DNA of 64,000 bases, taken from Mobula hypostoma (lineage: Eukaryota). The notes beneath the pieces are model-generated. The model was not told the DNA's origin. It did not search any database and saw nothing but the letters and a program-made list of their open reading frames with translations. The stretch lies in assembly GCF_963921235.1 (NCBI RefSeq), contig NC_086097.1, positions 14,632,001 through 14,696,000 on the forward strand, written 5' to 3'. Made by a program: the position numbers and the translations under genes. This document shows, piece by piece, positions 61,381 to 64,000 of this stretch. Numbering within the stretch: position 1 is the stretch's first letter; each line of letters begins with the position of its first letter.

Positions 61381-61687
61381 TGCATTGGAACTCTGTCATC
61401 TCCACTCTGACTCTGATGTGATACTTAAGTGCTCTTTCAACAAAGTTTTGGGAAAATATCATTGGAGGGGTCACACCACACGCAGAAGCACACAGTCTCC
61501 TATAGCAAAGAACAATAAAATGGAGCCTCGCCCTCAAGGCCTACATCTCAGAAATGACAATAAAAGATGGATCAGCAAGGAAGAAGCTCGCCCTGCTCTT
61601 CCAGAGCTTTTGTTTTTCCACATGCTGATGGCAAGGGAGCCAATTGCCGGTTTAATTTGAGGATAACAATTTCAACTTCCTTGAAAC

Positions 61688-61885
61688 GAGCTTCCAGCAG
61701 AAGTGGTTGAGGCAGGTTCGATGTTGTCATTTAAAGTTAATTTGGACAGCTATATGGACAGGAAAGGAATGGAGGGTTATGGGCTGACTGCAGGTCGGTG
61801 GGACTAGGTGAGAGTAAGAGTTCAGCACGGACTAGAAGGGCCGAGATGGCCTGTTTCTGTGCTGTAATTGTTATATGGTTATATG
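61688..61885 (+). mobile_element. CR1 3' end
   Basis: gggccgagatggcctgtttctgtgctgtaattgttatatggttatatgg tail. Confidence 0.75.
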
Positions 61886-61961
61886 GAAACATTCTGGGAA
61901 TACTTCTCAGTAGTGTCAGTATTGGGAAAATTAACTAAAATTGCCGATAAACACTCCTGTC

Positions 61962-63535
61962 AGATCAGAATCAGAATCAGAATCAGATTTATTATCAATA
62001 ACTTATTTCATGTGAAATTGGTTCGTGTCAGCAGTACATGGAAAGATATAAAGTTACTATAAATACAGAAATAAACTAGTAGTCAACCAAACTGAATAAT
62101 ACAGTTCAAAGTACATTTATTATCAAAGTATTTATACGTTATACAACCTGGAGACTGGTCTCCTAAGCAGATGCTGGAAATCCAGGGCAACACACTCAAG
62201 ATGGTGGAGGAACACAGTAGGTCAGGCAGCAGCTATGGAAAGGAATAAACAGTTGAAGTTTCAGGCTGAGACCCTGCGTCAGGACTGTAAAGGAAGGGCT
62301 AAGAAGACAGAAGTCGTATTGTATATGCAGGCTGGCTTTTGGTGATCAGTCTTCTCTGTGAAGGAGTGTGATAATTTCAGCAGAGGAAATCCACTGAGGG
62401 TGTGGGCGAGATCTATTGGCTGCAGTGTTGGCAAGAGAAACAATATCAAAAGTGTGCAGGATGGCTAAAGGTTAAAAACCAGTGTATAATCTCAGGGCTT
62501 CGAAATGAGTCATTACAGTCAATTCCCAGCCAGAGAACATAAAACAGAAGATGAAAGTAAGCTTAGAAGATAAGCTTTATTTGTCATATGTATATCAAAA
62601 CACACAGGAAATGCGCTATTTGCATCAATGACCAAAACAGTCTGAGCTGTAGTGGGGGCAGCCCGCAAGTGTCTACATTTCTTGCACCGACACAGCATGC
62701 ACACAACCTACTAACCCAACCCAACCCAACTCATGCGGTCACAAGGAGAATGTACAGACGCTTTATAGGCAGCAATGGGAATTGAAACCAAATTTTACAG
62801 CTGGCACCAGAGAGAGAACCAACAGAAAATGCTGGAAACACTCAGCAAGTCAGGCAGTATCTGTGGGAGCAGAAACATAATTTTGGAATTGGTTTATTAT
62901 TGCCATTTTTACCAAACACAGTGAAAAGTTTGTCTTGCATATTGTTCATATGGATTAAATTATCGAGATAGAATAAACTAAAACAATAACATTGCAGAAT
63001 GAAGTGTAACAGCCACAGGGAAAGTGCAGGACACATAGACAGTGAGGTGCAAGATCATAACCAGGTAGACTGAGGTCAGGAGTACATACCATATATGTAC
63101 TGTAAATACATTTCTTATTGTAACTGCTAGTTTTTTTCAATGTATTGCATCAGGACATGTTTTCTTCTCATTGTCACCATCAGGAAGGAGGTGGAGAAGC
63201 CTAAAAACACTCGAAGATTTAGAAAATAGCCTCTTCCCCTCTGCCATCAAATTTCTGAATGGACATTAAATCCATGAACACTGCCTCACTATTATTTCTG
63301 TTTTTACATGAATTATTTAATCTAACTTTCATATATATACACACACATACACTTACTGTAATTCACAGTTTTTTTTATGTTATCATATATTACAATGTAC
63401 TACTGCTGCAAAGTTAACAAATTTCACAACATATACCGGTGGTATTAAACCTGATTCTGGTTCAGCTCTGCTGCTGCAAAACAACAAATTTCATGACATA
63501 TGCCAGAGATATTAAAGCTGATTCTGATTGTGATT
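61962..63535. mobile_element. Mosaic of Rex1/Babar tails, Penelope terminal pieces (~62168-62310, ~62825-62878) and SINE remnants
   Basis: (atcaga)n tails, agatgctggaaatcc..gtcaggactg and caggaaggagg..cttcccctctgccatc blocks. Confidence 0.6.
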
Positions 63536-64000
63536 CATTGTAGAGAGGCGGCGGTGAGCAAGCAGGCATAGTTCACCTTTGTACCAGGGTTCATTGGCTA
63601 GCAGGCACTCTGGATGCAATCCAATAAATAGTGTATTGTTACACCAGGGGCAGACTCGCATGTCCTTTCACAGTTTATCACTTCTGAGGTATGATACCTT
63701 GGTGAAGCAAAATGAGAATTTAAATATCAGCATCGGCCTGTTGGAGCAAGAGCTTGGCAACCTTGTTGGACCTGAGAATATGTGTTCTGTTCAGATGATT
63801 TGGTTATTGTTCTCTTAACGTGTTCATTGTTTGCAATCAACAACAATGCCTGTGAATCACAGCAAGTCTTCTTTTCATTCTATTGAAAATTCAGGTTGAA
63901 TTGGGTCGTAGATGGAAATATATCTTGACTTTATAGTGTATATCCTCTGGAATTCCACCAAAGATTTTTCATAGAACATAAAACACTACAGCACAGTACA

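Overview
Eukaryotic (vertebrate) genomic DNA. The repeat content (HE1/V-SINE-like, CR1/HER1-like, Rex1/Babar, Penelope) suggests a cartilaginous fish, probably a ray; this is an inference. The only host gene is the 5' end of a BCL11-family zinc-finger transcription factor on the minus strand: coding exon 1 at 5964-5910, exon 2 at 873-535, with the rest of the gene off-window to the left. Exon 2 is mostly BCL11B-like, while exon 1 and the 5'UTR look BCL11A-like. Positions 1 to ~15.4 kb form a CpG-rich, almost transposon-free regulatory domain containing a conserved-looking 5'UTR hairpin, a uORF and candidate enhancers. The remaining ~48 kb is gene desert packed with truncated, often nested retroelements: Penelope, Rex1/Babar, CR1, RTE and RTE-derived non-autonomous families, R4/Dong, L1 and SINEs, plus one tiny hAT MITE. 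The most striking signal is a Penelope family whose terminal repeat carries a minimal type I hammerhead ribozyme (AGTC-CTGACGA-stemII-GAAA-CGTC-GACT). The core is intact in three young TSD-flanked copies and decayed in about eight others. Several copies are short fold-back palindromes whose inversion centre falls in the ribozyme. All family assignments are by eye and from recalled consensus motifs; no search was run.
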